Source: Octopus bimaculoides | Taxonomy: Eukaryota | Direction: 5' to 3' | Length of the DNA stretch: 64,000 bases | NCBI RefSeq assembly: GCF_001194135.2 | Contig: NC_068998.1 | Coordinates: forward strand, 7,496,838-7,560,837 | Shown: positions 52,141-64,000 of the stretch, one piece after another | Position numbering within the stretch: position 1 is the first letter of the stretch | Layout: every line of letters starts with the position of its first letter | Program-made: the position numbers and the translations under genes | Notes under the pieces: generated by a model | Database searches by the model: none | The model's input: the letters and a program-made list of their open reading frames with translations, nothing else | Told to the model about the DNA's origin: nothing

Positions 52141-53053
52141 TATTTGGAAACAAAAGCAAAAACCGAAAAAAACCTACACAAATGAATAGACATGAAAATA
52201 GGAATTGAAGATAAAACAGAAAAAGAGAGCAAGACAAAAAAGGGAGAAAGAGCTAGAGAGAGAGAGAGAGAGAGAGAGGGAGACGAAGGTAGACAGACAG
52301 ACAGACAAACAGAAAAATAGAAAAGGAGGACATGGAAAAAATCGAAAAAAAGTTCAAATAAAAATAATGCGTAAAATAGAATATAAATAAAATAAAGTAA
52401 ATCTAGAATCAATGAGAAAACAAACCCTGTTCATTCAATACTGAAATTAGAAACTAGATAAAAAGATGCCATCAAGATTGCGATTGATGTAAACGGTCAA
52501 ACTGCCATGATTCTCACCAAGGGAGATAACCATGCAGAGATATTTCCATAGAACTGTCATTGATAAGTTTGCAATTACAACAGTCTTCAACTGAAAGCCA
52601 ATAGCTTCTGTTATTTTTGAAACCCTCTTATTTTTCATGTTTTGTTGTTTCCTATTATTTGCTGTATTATTCTTATCCCTTTCTTTTTATTCTTTAATTT
52701 TGGACTTTTTTTCTTCAATAAAGTAAAAGAAACAAAAAAATTTAGTTTTACATCATTTCTTCTCTCTCTTTTACTTTCTCTGTCTATCTCTCTGCTTCTC
52801 TCTCTCTCTCTCTCAACATGAATCTAACTCTTATTTTAGTTTTGATTCACAATTTTGTGATTCGTGTTGTTGTTGTTTCATTCATTGTTGCTTTTGCAGT
52901 TGTTGTTGTAGACAGCAGTGATAGTGATAGTATAATGTTTTGTTTTCCTGATTTTTTTTTCCACACTATGATTTCTCTAGTGTATATTTATTTCTATGTA
53001 TTAAAATTTGTTTTTGCATATTTCGTTACCTCAGAAGAATGTTCAAAAACAAA

Positions 53054-53087
<34 letters not shown>

Positions 53088-53613
53088 AGACAGACAGAGA
53101 CAAAGTGTGAGAGAGAGTATATATACATACATACATATATACATATATNNNNNNNNNNNNNNNNNNNNNNNNNNNNNNNNNNNNNNNNNNNNNNNNNNNN
53201 NNNNNNNNNNNNNNNNNNNNNNNNNNNNNNNNNNNNNNNNNNNNNNNNNNNNNNNNNNNNNNNNNNNNNNNNNNNNNNNNNNNNNNNNNNNNNNNTATAT
53301 ATATAAGTAGACAGGGATGTGTGGGCTTATCTGTATATAGTTTTGTATATATGTATATAAAATAAATACATGGTGACAGTGAGTGATTCAGAGAGAAAAT
53401 GTTTGTTGATGTATGCACATACATATACATACATACATATATATATATGATGTTGTAGCATTGGATGGTTATGATTAATTTATGCATCATACAACAGTGG
53501 TTCATGAATATTTAATCATATGGTTTTAGTGCCACCCACCATCATAAAAAAATGTGGAAACAAGGCTCTATGCATGTATGCAAATACACACAGGCACACA
53601 TACACATGCATGC

Positions 53614-53654
<41 letters not shown>

Positions 53655-53761
53655 AGGAAATAAATATATAGATACATATATAGAAATGTATATGTGTGTG
53701 TGTATGTATAATTTTTATATACACTCACACACATATACACACACATATATATGTGTACATA

Positions 53762-53799
<38 letters not shown>

Positions 53800-53925
53800 G
53801 TGTGTATAACTGCAGTTTCTTTGTTTACAAGCTTAATAATTGGAATATGGTACTCATGAAAGTTAGCAGAACCATAATTATTGTTATGCTTATTTTCCCC
53901 ATTGATTGAGAAAGAGGGGAGAGAG

Positions 53926-53974
<49 letters not shown>

Positions 53975-54159
53975 GAGAGAGAGAGGGAGAGAGAAAGAGA
54001 ATCCTTTGCCCTTGTCGTAAGGGAAAGTGATGGACAGGATAAATCAATCTAAATTAAAATCCTTATTGTTGTCTTTAAGATACCAATTTACTAAGCCCTG
54101 TACAATTGCATTTACTATTATCCCTTAAATAAAGAATAATGATTGGAAATTCTCTTAGA

Positions 54160-54268
54160 TAACTGGGAAGAGGAGTGGCCTATATATGTGTTGCCTGGTC
54201 AAGGAATCAAAACTACAATCTTACGATCATGAGTCCAACACCCTAACCATTAAGCCATGTGCCTCCAC
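54160..54268 (-). mobile_element. tRNA-derived SINE head
   Basis: Minus strand GTGGAGGCACATGGCTTAATGGTTAGGGTGTTGGACTCATGATCGTAAGATTGTAGTTTTGATTCC has A- and B-box-like elements. Another reversed head lies at ~60230-60355. Confidence 0.75.
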
Positions 54269-54699
54269 TGGTGAGCGGGGACCGAATTACAGCAACGCTA
54301 TTTTCTACATACCATAATATTCAGTTTCAAGAATCGTGCTGTAGATAACACATGGAAATAATTTAAAAGTATATGAAAAATGCTAGAAAAGACAAAGTTA
54401 ATAAACAAATTAATTAATTGAAATAATTCTAATTAGCATAGCCACATGGAAGATGTATGTCAAAACATCTTTTACTGGTAATATTTTGGAATCAAAGTGT
54501 AGATTCGTGTGTAAAATATAAGAAATATTTCTTATCTAAGTTGTGTGAATTTCTGAATGCTGGTGCTTTCTTAATTATTATTCTTGATAGAAGTTTAAGA
54601 ATTAATACTTTGTAATTTAATTAGAGACTTACCAAGCTTTGAAGATACAGCTATATCTCTAGTACATTCTCTCACTCTGTTGCTTTCTCTCTGTCGTGC

Positions 54700-54736
<37 letters not shown>

Positions 54737-54815
54737 TACATATGCACACATACATACATATATATCTTTATATACATATGTGTTTATAAAGGTATTCATA
54801 TACATATGCATATAT

Positions 54816-54868
<53 letters not shown>

Positions 54869-55399
54869 CACACATACATACATAATACATACATACATAC
54901 ATACATACACACATAAATGCCGTATGTAAGTATGTATATATAAATGTCAGATTTCAACAATGACAACTAGTAAAAGTCCATGAGAGTCATTACAATTCCT
55001 CATGGTGTCATGTTGCAACAAATTTAAAAGCAAGACAAATAATTTTCACAGATAGCTGCAGAATTCTTTTAACTTTCTCATTATCACAAGCATGATAGCA
55101 AGAATTCTTTATGTATAGAAGACAAGGAAAATTACTCCTTTGCTGAATGAAATCTAGAAGTGATTTAATCCTAGAGTAAAGGCTGTTTATCAACATAACA
55201 TGGCAGTCCTGGTTTAGAACGAATGTTGCTGTAATTTAGCGCCAGAAGACATCGTCTCCAGCTAGCCAAGCTTACGTCAATTCTTCTGTGGTACTGTGTT
55301 GCATTCATGATAAAATAGATATACACAAATCATAATTATAATTTTAAAAAATTACAGTACAGTTTCTACTTCTGAAAATCCATGAAGTAAATATAACAA

Positions 55400-55928
55400 A
55401 GAATTTAGTAAAATAACTTAGTTATCATTAAGCTGGTGCTTGGAACATAAATTGTGACTAAGATTTGGTGGAAGATTTTAATTCAAAACTTATGAAAACA
55501 AGACATTTGTACTACAGAACCAGAAGCAGCTTCAGCTGAGTTGGTATCAAAAGGGTGAAATAACAACTGTCATGTGACTATGTTGAGCATAGCAATAAAC
55601 GTATTTTGTGTATCACTGAAAAGTTACAAATACTGATTTCTAAGTAATATTTTAAGTAAAAGACAAGAAAGCTTCTCCTCTTGTTTGCATGACAAAAAAA
55701 TTCAAGCTGCATCAGATATATTCAGCCCAAATATTGTACCTGTTTTATGCTTAGATTCAGCTTGTCACACCGAACCTGCAATGTCATTTTAAAATAAACA
55801 ATCACATTATCAAAATCTCACTGTTATAAAATAATGCACGATTAATTCAAAGCAACATGAGGGACTAAGCATTACATATGCCCGTGTAATCTGAGCGCAT
55901 GGGCGCAATCTAGATACAAACAGGTTAA
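55400..55928 (+). mobile_element. Two MITE remnants (55400-55558 and 55722-55928)
   Basis: Ends TTGGTATCAAAAGGGTGAA and ...CAGGTTAA; internal matches to 5545-5763 and 4578-4675. Confidence 0.6.
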
Positions 55929-56716
55929 CAGGTTAAAATCTTGATTCTTTTCAGCATAACATCCAGAAATATTGACCTTCATATTCCAGAAATCACAACA
56001 TATAACCCCTTTTCATTTCATGACCCTGTATACATCTACAACCCACTCCAAACCATCTCACCATATCCCATTTCCTTCCCTTCTTTCCTTCATCTCTTTT
56101 CTTTATTTTCTCATTCTTTCCCTTTTCTTCACTCCAATGTCTCTTGAATCTCACTGATCCATTCTTCTTGTAATCTTCTCTTTTACGAAACGGCCTTCCT
56201 GCCTTTGTAAGAGTGTTTTCAATGACAAGAATCTAACCTCATCTCTGATAGCATGTCTTCAAAAGCTGATTCTTCTAAACTGACAAACCAATGCAAACGT
56301 TATGTATTGTAACTACTGGAACAGATCAATAAGACATTAATTTAGTACTGTACCTGCTTGAAGTTTAATTGAACTGTTTTGCAGACTTTTAGAATTTACA
56401 TCAGAAGTTATGAGACAGAGTTCATATTTAGCAATATACCTTGATTTCTGTATCCTTACCCTATATAAACACATTAATTCATCCGAGAGGATACTGTACA
56501 TATATTCAGGAAACAAATCTTTCATATATTTGTATGTAATGGCTCTAATTATATACAGAGCGACAATGGTTTATTCCGTATGAAAGCATATAAAATTTAA
56601 GAGGTCAAGACTGGCTAAAAGGTAAGTCCATGCTACTTCATGCATGGGTTATAGATGAACGTGTGAAACATATTTGTTATGCAGATTGAATTGGTATTAT
56701 TTTTATTTATTTATGC

Positions 56717-57016
56717 GCCTTTTTAAAGTCTAGCCAGGTTCATGGGACCGGTTTCCCGGTTTCTATGGCATATGTGCTCCCCCTCCCCCCCGCTAGACGG
56801 GACACCAGTCCATTGCAGCTTTTTACTCAAGAAACAGGAAGAAAGAGTGAGAGAAAGTTGGAGCAAAAGAGTACAACAGGGGTCGCTATCACCCCCTGCC
56901 GGAGCCTCATGTGTTTTTCACTCAATAAACACACAAAACGCCCAGTTTGGGAATCGAAACCACGATCCTCCAACCGAGAGTCCGCTGCCCTAGCCACTAG
57001 GCCATTGCACCTCCAC
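56717..57016 (-). mobile_element. tRNA-derived SINE family D, near full length and CpG-rich (relatively young)
   Basis: Minus strand GTGGAGGTGCAATGGCCTAGTGGCTAGGGCAGCGGACTCTCGGTTGGAGGATCGTGGTTTCGATTCCC (A and B boxes), followed by a tail GCAATGGACTGGTGTCCCGTCTAG...ATAGAAACCGGGAAACCGG. Confidence 0.85.
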
Positions 57017-57844
57017 AATTGGTATTATATCTTTTTTTTTTATTTATTCTTTTGTCGTTTTCTTTTTTTTAATTTTCTATTTTGTGTTTTGTATTTCCAG
57101 ATTGTAAGATGTTACAAGTCATCTTTCTCCTTTATACTACGAATAAGTTTGAAACAATCTTTGAAAATTGAAGGAAGCTTGGGGCAAGCTGAGAATATCA
57201 AATGATTGTAGTTTCGTAAAGAACTGACATGAACTCTGAAATCAATCTTTGACAATTTCAGATGATCCAAATATTCCTTTTATCAGTCTTAAACCCATAA
57301 ACTCCTATGAACTAGGAGTACAAAAAACAAAACAAAAAACAAAACAAACAAAAAAAATTGCATCAACACTTTTGCAATAAACTCGCTCCCTAAATTTATC
57401 CCTTTTTCACTCATTTATAAATCTCATTATCATTTTCCTGATATCATTTATTTTTCTTTTCTGCATCAAATTCATGCTTCCGTATTTCAGATCCAAATAT
57501 TTTTCTATTTTTCTCTCCCAGTCTTGATAGTCTGAGAGTAAATTCCCTTGTCTTAAATGTTGAAAGTTCACAGTTTTGTGCCTGAGGTAATGTCAGAATG
57601 CAACAGGATTGTTGCTCCGTTAACATTGCCTGGTATTATATTGAACTTAATTCCAACATGACAGCCTTAAGAATTACATGGCTCACTTGAAAAGAAACTA
57701 TAAGCGACTGCCAATATTAGTATTACCCAATGAAATTAAATTGAGGTTCTGCATTAAATTATTGAAAATGCTTTCGTTTATATGTTTGTTGCTACAAATA
57801 TTTATGTCTGTTTGTATGTATATTTTTACGTATACATTTACAAA

Positions 57845-57950
57845 TTAGTTGCTCTCTGCAACCTGAAAGATATTTCCTCATCCAGGGAGGGAGCAAGAAC
57901 GGCTGAGTGTGCTGCCCAGGTAGACAAACTTGTCTACTACCTTCACAATT
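57845..57950 (-). mobile_element. RTE/BovB-like LINE reverse-transcriptase fragment
   Basis: Minus strand reads VVDKFVYLGSTLSRSCSL, then after a frameshift DEEISFRLQRA. This matches the RTE motif VVDKFTYLGSTLSR...IDDEV..RI.KA. Confidence 0.85.
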
Positions 57951-58002
57951 GTTCATGTATGTATGTATGTATGTATTTATTTATTTATTTATTTGATAGC
58001 AT

Positions 58003-58212
58003 GGCAGTGAGCTGGCAGAAGCGTTAGCACACCGAGGGAAATGCTTAGCGGTATTTTGTCTGTCTTTATGTTCTGAGTTCAAATTCCGCCGAGGTCGACT
58101 TTGCCTTTCATCCTTTTGAGGCTGATAAATTGAGTACCAGTTGCCTACTAGGGTCGATCTAATTGACTGCCCCTCCCAAAAAATGTCGGGCCTTGTACCT
58201 AGAACAGAAACG
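58003..58212 (+). mobile_element. SINE family A, near full length
   Basis: GGCAGTGAGCTGGCAGAAGCGTTAGCAC...TTCAAATTCCGCCGAGGTCGACTTTGCCTTTCATCC...GATAAATTGAGTACCAGTTG...GGGTCGATCTAAT. Confidence 0.88.
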
Positions 58213-58779
58213 ATTTCTTATTTGACAGCATGAAATAAATCATTGCCAAGAGGTATTTCTGTCTGAAAGGAATCATCACTGTTTTTGAAGAACACTTAAT
58301 AAATTCATTTCATAAACTACCCACTGATATTTGGTTCTCTTCCCATATTATCTTGCTATTTAAAAATGTAGAAGATTGACAATAGTCATCTTTATAGATG
58401 GCAAGAAAATCCTCTCAATATCGTTTTAGATATGATAAAAATGATCTAGCTCAGCTTCTCTGCCACTTTCAGGATATTTTCATTCATTTAACAAAACTGG
58501 TCTTGAAAGCTGATATCAACACTTATATACCCATACATACATACATTCATACATACATATATACATACATACATGTATATATATCATCATCATCATCGTT
58601 GTCATTTAATATCCTTTTAAGCGATATATTTGTATATATGTATACGTAAGTATATACATGTATTCATACATACACACATATACACACACACGCATATATA
58701 TGTACAGACACACACATAAACACACATATATACATACACATGCATATATGTATGTGTGTATGTATCGGTATGTTTTTAG

Positions 58780-58820
<41 letters not shown>

Positions 58821-58839
58821 ATCTATCTATCTATATATA

Positions 58840-58875
<36 letters not shown>

Positions 58876-59509
58876 TGCATATATATGTTTATATATGTAT
58901 CTAAGTATCCTGACATCTTCAGTGATGTGTCGGTCAGTATCTTTGTCGCAGCATGCTACATCAAGGATGTTACGCCAACATAAGATGTCCAGGGCAAAAG
59001 CACTAAATGTTACAAAGTTTATTCTTAGTTAATGGAACACAACATGATGTCATTAATGGAATCTGTCGCAAAGAAAGCAAAAGATCATAAGTAGCTTATT
59101 GGAATCATTCTTTTCAATGCTTCTATTAATGACCTTGAATGTAGAGTTTGGCATAGGAGGAATCAATAATTTGTCGATCACTCTGATCTTATTTGAAATA
59201 TATGATACACGGTATCTGTGAAGTTAAGGTCTTGCACCGGTGACCATTTGATCTTGATTTCACACAATGCTAAGACCACTATGAGTGGTTTTGAAAACAC
59301 TTTCAGCCAACTTACTCACACTGTCTATGTCTCTCTCATACATGTCTCTCACATTAGAGGATAAATATTAACATATTTATCCACTCGTATATAATTTATG
59401 TATACCTATCCATTCATGCATATACACTCACACAAACACACACACACACACACATTAACGTTTTGCTTAGGTATAGCGATACTAAATAACCTCATGCTAG
59501 AACTCAATA

Positions 59510-59727
59510 CGAGGGGGGGTGCTGGAAAGTTCCTGGCTTTGGTTAAAAGAAACTACAGGAGGATCAGTTAATTATGATTTTAATGAACATATTCCCCTCT
59601 CATGTTCACACACATATTGTAGTGTCCCTTCAGTTTATCTAAACCCTCTAAAAGAATTCAGAAGGTTGGGCCTCCGACCAGGCCTTTCGTGAGACCCTTA
59701 AACCCAGAAACTTTACAGCACCACTTG
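59510..59727. mobile_element. 218-bp mariner-derived MITE with both TIRs and TA target-site duplication
   Basis: TA|CGAGGGGGGGTGCTGGAAAGTTCCTGG ... CCAGAAACTTTACAGCACCACTTG|TA; TA at 59508-59509 and 59728-59729. Confidence 0.85.
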
Positions 59728-59825
59728 TATCTCTCACCCTCCCTCCCCCTCTTCCTCCCCCTCTATCCAATTGTAGCTTCATTCTGGGTGTGGTGATGGC
59801 CAGAAGGAGAAAAAGGAGCAGGGGT

Positions 59826-59937
59826 GAAGGAGGAGAAGAAGAAGGAGGAGAAGAAGGAGGAGAAGAAGAAGAAGAAGAAGAAGAAGAAGAAGAAGAAGAA
59901 GAAGAAGAAGAAGAAGAAGAAGAAGAAGAAGAAGAAG
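59826..59937. repeat. (GAA)n/(GGA)n purine tract
   Basis: Read directly; it produces the poly-E and poly-S spurious ORFs. Confidence 0.95.
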
Positions 59938-61102
59938 ACATACTGAGTTGCTGTTCAAAGTGCCAAAATAGAATTATGGAAATATTTCATTCTGACAGAA
60001 TTAATCTACAAAGTGTGCAGTACAGCCAACTTTCACTAGGAACGTCATGTTGCTTAGCAACATGTACTATGCTTTTGCCAAATGTTTTAGATGCTTGTTT
60101 TATCAGATGCGTATGTGGACACCCTCTCAGACCCCTCATGTTTGTTCAAACTGAACATTACATATGTATGACAGAGAGAGAAAGGGAGAACTTCACTAGC
60201 ATCCAGAGGGTGTTCATTGCAGGTGAGATGATCAGAGTGTCATAAAATGAAATACCTTGTTCAAGGAAGCAGTGTGTCACCAAATCTAGGAATTGAACCC
60301 ACAACTTCGTGATTAGGAAGTGAACACTTCTGACAATCAAACTACATGTCTTCACTCTCCAAAAATAATCTATCGGTAAATGGTATTTGGTGTTATCTAT
60401 ATTATGTTCCCTATAATTACATTTCTTGATGTTTACCCATCCAGCCCCTTACAAAACCCCTCTTTTTACCACAATTAAGACTCATAGGAGATAGAAAAAT
60501 ATTTTTTTATCAGTTAAAAATGACTATTAAAAGAAAAAAAAATGGGAATTTCGCTTTGTGAGTGATATGCGTTAACTGTCACAATCTCTCCATACCAACG
60601 CGATATAGCGCTAAGTGTTGGAAAACAATCTTTACACTTAATTCTACCCCACCGCACATTATCTAGCATATTTTGCTGACTGCTTCGTGCTTGATCAAAA
60701 TAAACTGAGAGCCACTCACCACAGCCATAACCATAACGACAACAACAGTAACAATAAGAACCTCAAATGGTGATGATGGCTTCAGCAACAGTTTTAGCCA
60801 ACATAAATCATTGCAATAAATGAATTATTTATCACAGAGAGAAGACTTTCATTGAAACTACGGCGTCAAACATGACAAAACATCACAAGGAAAAAGCATA
60901 TGTTAGCAAGTTATTTGCACTCTGTTTCCAAACTCATTATCTGTTGTTGTTTTTTTGTGTTGTTGTTGTCTTTTCACCCAGTCGAGATAATAACGGATCT
61001 TTTATTCATATTTATCAAGTCATTTAGATATTGACTTTGTAATTATTTCTGAGTGGCATAGAGTGAAGTCATTTCCATTTTTATTGATTACCTTATCATA
61101 AT

Positions 61103-61248
61103 CTTTCTCTGTCTTTATCTCCCTATCACTCCTTCACTTTCTCTGTCTTTATCTCCCTCTCTCTCCTTCACTTTCTCTGTCTTTATCTCCCTCTCTCTCC
61201 TTCACTTTCTCTGTCTTTATCTCCCTCTCTCTCCTTCACTTTCTCTCT
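61103..61248. repeat. 34-bp pyrimidine minisatellite, about 4.3 copies, followed by (CT)n
   Basis: Unit CTTTCTCTGTCTTTATCTCCCTCTCTCTCCTTCA; copies start at 61103, 61137, 61171 and 61205. Confidence 0.92.
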
Positions 61249-61277
61249 CACCCTTCTGTCTGTCCGTCTGTCTCTCT

Positions 61278-61369
<92 letters not shown>

Positions 61370-62405
61370 CTTTATCTCTTACCTTCGCTACTGTCATTTT
61401 CGTTCTAATGTGCTAGCATTTATTCCCATGAAAATGTTATTTAAAAGATATTGATGACATGAAAGAAAAAACAAAAAAAGCAAAACAAAACAATAATATA
61501 ATCATGGTTTATAAGCTTTTTTTTGTTTGTTTTCCGTTTCGTTTTATTTTTTGTTTTTGTTTTTGTGTTTTGTTCGGAGGAGAAATAGAGATATCCAGCA
61601 TACGAGGATTGGAAAGCAAACAATTCTCATAATTATAGTTCTACTGAGATTGAATACAAAAAAAAAAAAAGAATAAAGAAAAAGAAAATAAAGAAACAAA
61701 AAGGACAAACGGACAAATATATAAACAAAGTTGCCGGAAGTTACTAGCAAACACAACATTCCAAAAATAATAGCATTTTTAGACATGGTACACATTAAGC
61801 TTTATCTGTTTACACATGTCCAATTCCAATAAACATATTTTAAAAAATAAGAAAGAAACCTCATGTATATATATATATGGCCCAACATAGCCACAGGTGC
61901 ATGCCTGCAAGTAGTAAAAGAATAATAAAGGAAGACATATGAGACATAACCAGCTGAAATTGATTCTGTGGGCAAGTTATTTGAATGATTGAGGTCTCAA
62001 GGTGAATTTTATTTTTTGTAAATGTTTTGGGTATGTTGTCAATTCAGTTGAGTAAATGTCTGGAAGTTATGTCATGGTAAATTGCAGGGATGAAAGAGAA
62101 GGTAAACTACACATGAATTGAACTTAAAAAAGTTATGCGATGAGCTACCGGTCAACTGTTTAGAAATAAAATATTACAAATATATTAACTCTTTTGTGAC
62201 CGTCTTAATAGTAATAGTGTTAACATGACGATATGCATAAATGTAACTGAAAGCTTCTTGTCTGCTACATTCCCTAACTGAGTGAGTAATAAATTTGCAC
62301 AGCTCTGAAGATCAACGGTTGAACTAACTTGCCTGCCACCTCAGCTACTTACTCTGAAGATATGAAATAGAAACTGCAAGATAGAAGTGATTGAGGTGAT
62401 TGTGT

Positions 62406-62442
<37 letters not shown>

Positions 62443-62452
62443 NNNNNNNNNN

Positions 62453-62489
<37 letters not shown>

Positions 62490-62499
<10 letters not shown>

Positions 62500-62740
62500 T
62501 TGTATGGGTCTTTGTGTTTCTCCTCCATTACTGATTGACAACCAGTTTTGGTGTGTTTATATCCCCTGTAACATAGTGGTTCTGCAAAAGAGAGCAATAG
62601 AATAAGCACCAGGCTTTAAAGAAACAAAATAAGTACTGGGTGGAGAGGGGTCAATCTACTTGACTAAAACTTCTTCTAGGCAGTGCCCCAACATGACCAC
62701 AGTCTAACAACAAAAATAAGTGAAAGAACAAGGGAGTATA
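62490..62740 (+). mobile_element. SINE family C, 3' half
   Basis: TTGGTGTGTTTATATCCCCTGTAAC...GCAAAAGAGAGCAATAGAATAAGCACCAGGC...ATAAGTACTGGG...GCAGTGCCCCAACATGACCACAGTC. Confidence 0.8.
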
Positions 62741-62899
62741 TGCCTAAAGAGATGTGGCTTAGAGCGTAGGGTTTGGGGTCATGATCATAATGTTATGATT
62801 ACAATTACTTGACTGTATGCATCCGTGTATGCCTTTGAGACACATAGATAACAAAATCAACTTGGTTCCTTCTGGAAAGGAGACGACATAGAGTAGAGA

Positions 62900-63020
62900 C
62901 ATCTGTTTAGTGATGCAGGAGACAAAACAAATCCTCGAGAGTTGGCACTACAATAAGAATGCATCCAGTACATTCTGTAATATGGATGTGGATAGGAAGA
63001 TCTACCAGTTGTTGCAGAAA
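62900..63020 (+). mobile_element. Possible extreme C-terminus of a Penelope-like GIY-YIG ORF
   Basis: TKQILESWHYNKNASSTFCNMDVDRKIYQLL resembles the PLE ending KR..LESWHI.......N....l..IY..L. The match is short. Confidence 0.45.
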
Positions 63021-63565
63021 ATCAAAATTGAAAAGTATGAGATATATGGGATCCTTAGTTTTGTATGTTGTATTATGAATTTCCTTTATGACAAGGTCAT
63101 ATTTTATGTTTTCTAGGAGAGGGATATGATAATAGAATAAGCAACAAAAGAGACAAAGAATGATTCTGCAAAGAAACAAAATTACATCAGAATACAGGCA
63201 GAACTACAAGTGAAAATGTTAAAAGATGCAAAGGTTTTTTATATAGCTTTTACAGCGTTTAATGTACACAAATATATACACATGCATACTTACATACAAA
63301 ACATACCTACATGTATATTTATATATTCACATATATGTACATACACACACACATATATACACACATATGTGGATATATATACACACACATACACACAAAT
63401 AAACATATATAAATATATCCTTGTTTCTTTCAGTGTTCTTTTCTGTGGAAGAGCGTAGGCTCAAAATGTTAAAGACTTTTTCACTTCCAGAGCATTATAC
63501 TAATACATCTGTTTGTTGTCTACACTACCTGTCTTCGTCTTTTGTTTTTTTTTGTGAATTCTCCC

Positions 63566-63603
<38 letters not shown>

Positions 63604-64000
63604 CATATATAAATTTATATAAATAAGGATAAGATCGTTATTTAAAATACCGATCATATCAAGTGGCTAGCATGGGAATAAAAACCTCATAGTAATAATT
63701 ATTATTAAAATTATAATCAAGGGTATCTAAAAGATACCAACATGCTAGATATAGCAGTCAAAACTTGACACTAAAGTCACATCAAATATTCATACAGTAC
63801 CAGGAGAGAAGACAAAGAGACAAAATAAACTAGTAAATTATTATTGGATAATTTTAGATCCTGGATTTCTGGCTTTGCATAAGAAATGCTTTGCCTCAAC
63901 TGTAGAATATACACAAATTTTAATATGTATACATATGTGTAGCTATGCTTTGTAAGTAAGTATACATGTATATGTATTTGTGTACATTAAATGCTGTGAA

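Noticed and set aside
56559-56621. Perfect donor AAG|GTAAGT with an upstream TACAG acceptor
   Set aside because: All three frames contain stops; probably part of a repeat.
57886-57919. GC-rich 34-nt apparent exon (CCAG|...CCCAG|GTAGAC, reading REQERLSVLP), with a GTAGACAA/TTGTCTAC palindrome over the donor site
   Set aside because: The opposite strand is a clear RTE reverse-transcriptase motif (VVDKFVYLGSTLSR), which explains the composition and the palindrome.
60545-60745. Local cluster of about 8 CpGs in unique sequence
   Set aside because: It is too short and AT-rich to call a CpG island, and nothing in the sequence alone supports a regulatory role.
61718-61741. TATATAAA followed by an ETS-like CCGGAAGT
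   Set aside because: These are short motifs expected by chance, with an atypical order and spacing and no downstream gene evidence.
62353-62373. Minus-strand 21-nt micro-exon-like segment (TTGCAG|...|GTAAGT)
   Set aside because: The segment is itself pyrimidine-tract-like, lies beside a microsatellite and SINE, and cannot be distinguished from chance.

Overview
AT-rich, microsatellite-saturated eukaryotic draft-assembly DNA with about 18 N-gaps. From memory, the SINE and MITE families match those of Octopus, so a coleoid cephalopod is inferred; this was not checked against a database. I found no confidently supported host protein-coding gene, tRNA, rRNA or CRISPR array. Almost all listed ORFs come from (CA)n, (TA)n, (GAT)n or N runs. 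The recognisable content is a transposon graveyard: several tRNA-derived SINE families, RTE-clade LINE fragments, Penelope-like (GIY-YIG) fragments, three Tc1/mariner transposase remnants and TA- or TTAA-type MITEs. The most notable structures are: (1) a well-formed minimal type I hammerhead ribozyme fold at 51378-51425; (2) three hammerhead-core-like motifs spaced about 340-350 bp apart once an inserted SINE is removed (32611-33760), resembling a decayed retrozyme or pLTR array; and (3) an inverted repeat with ~270-290 bp arms around a 1-kb spacer (47496-49067), a candidate long dsRNA and ADAR substrate. A few weak exon candidates are flagged at low confidence. All alignments and translations were done by eye.
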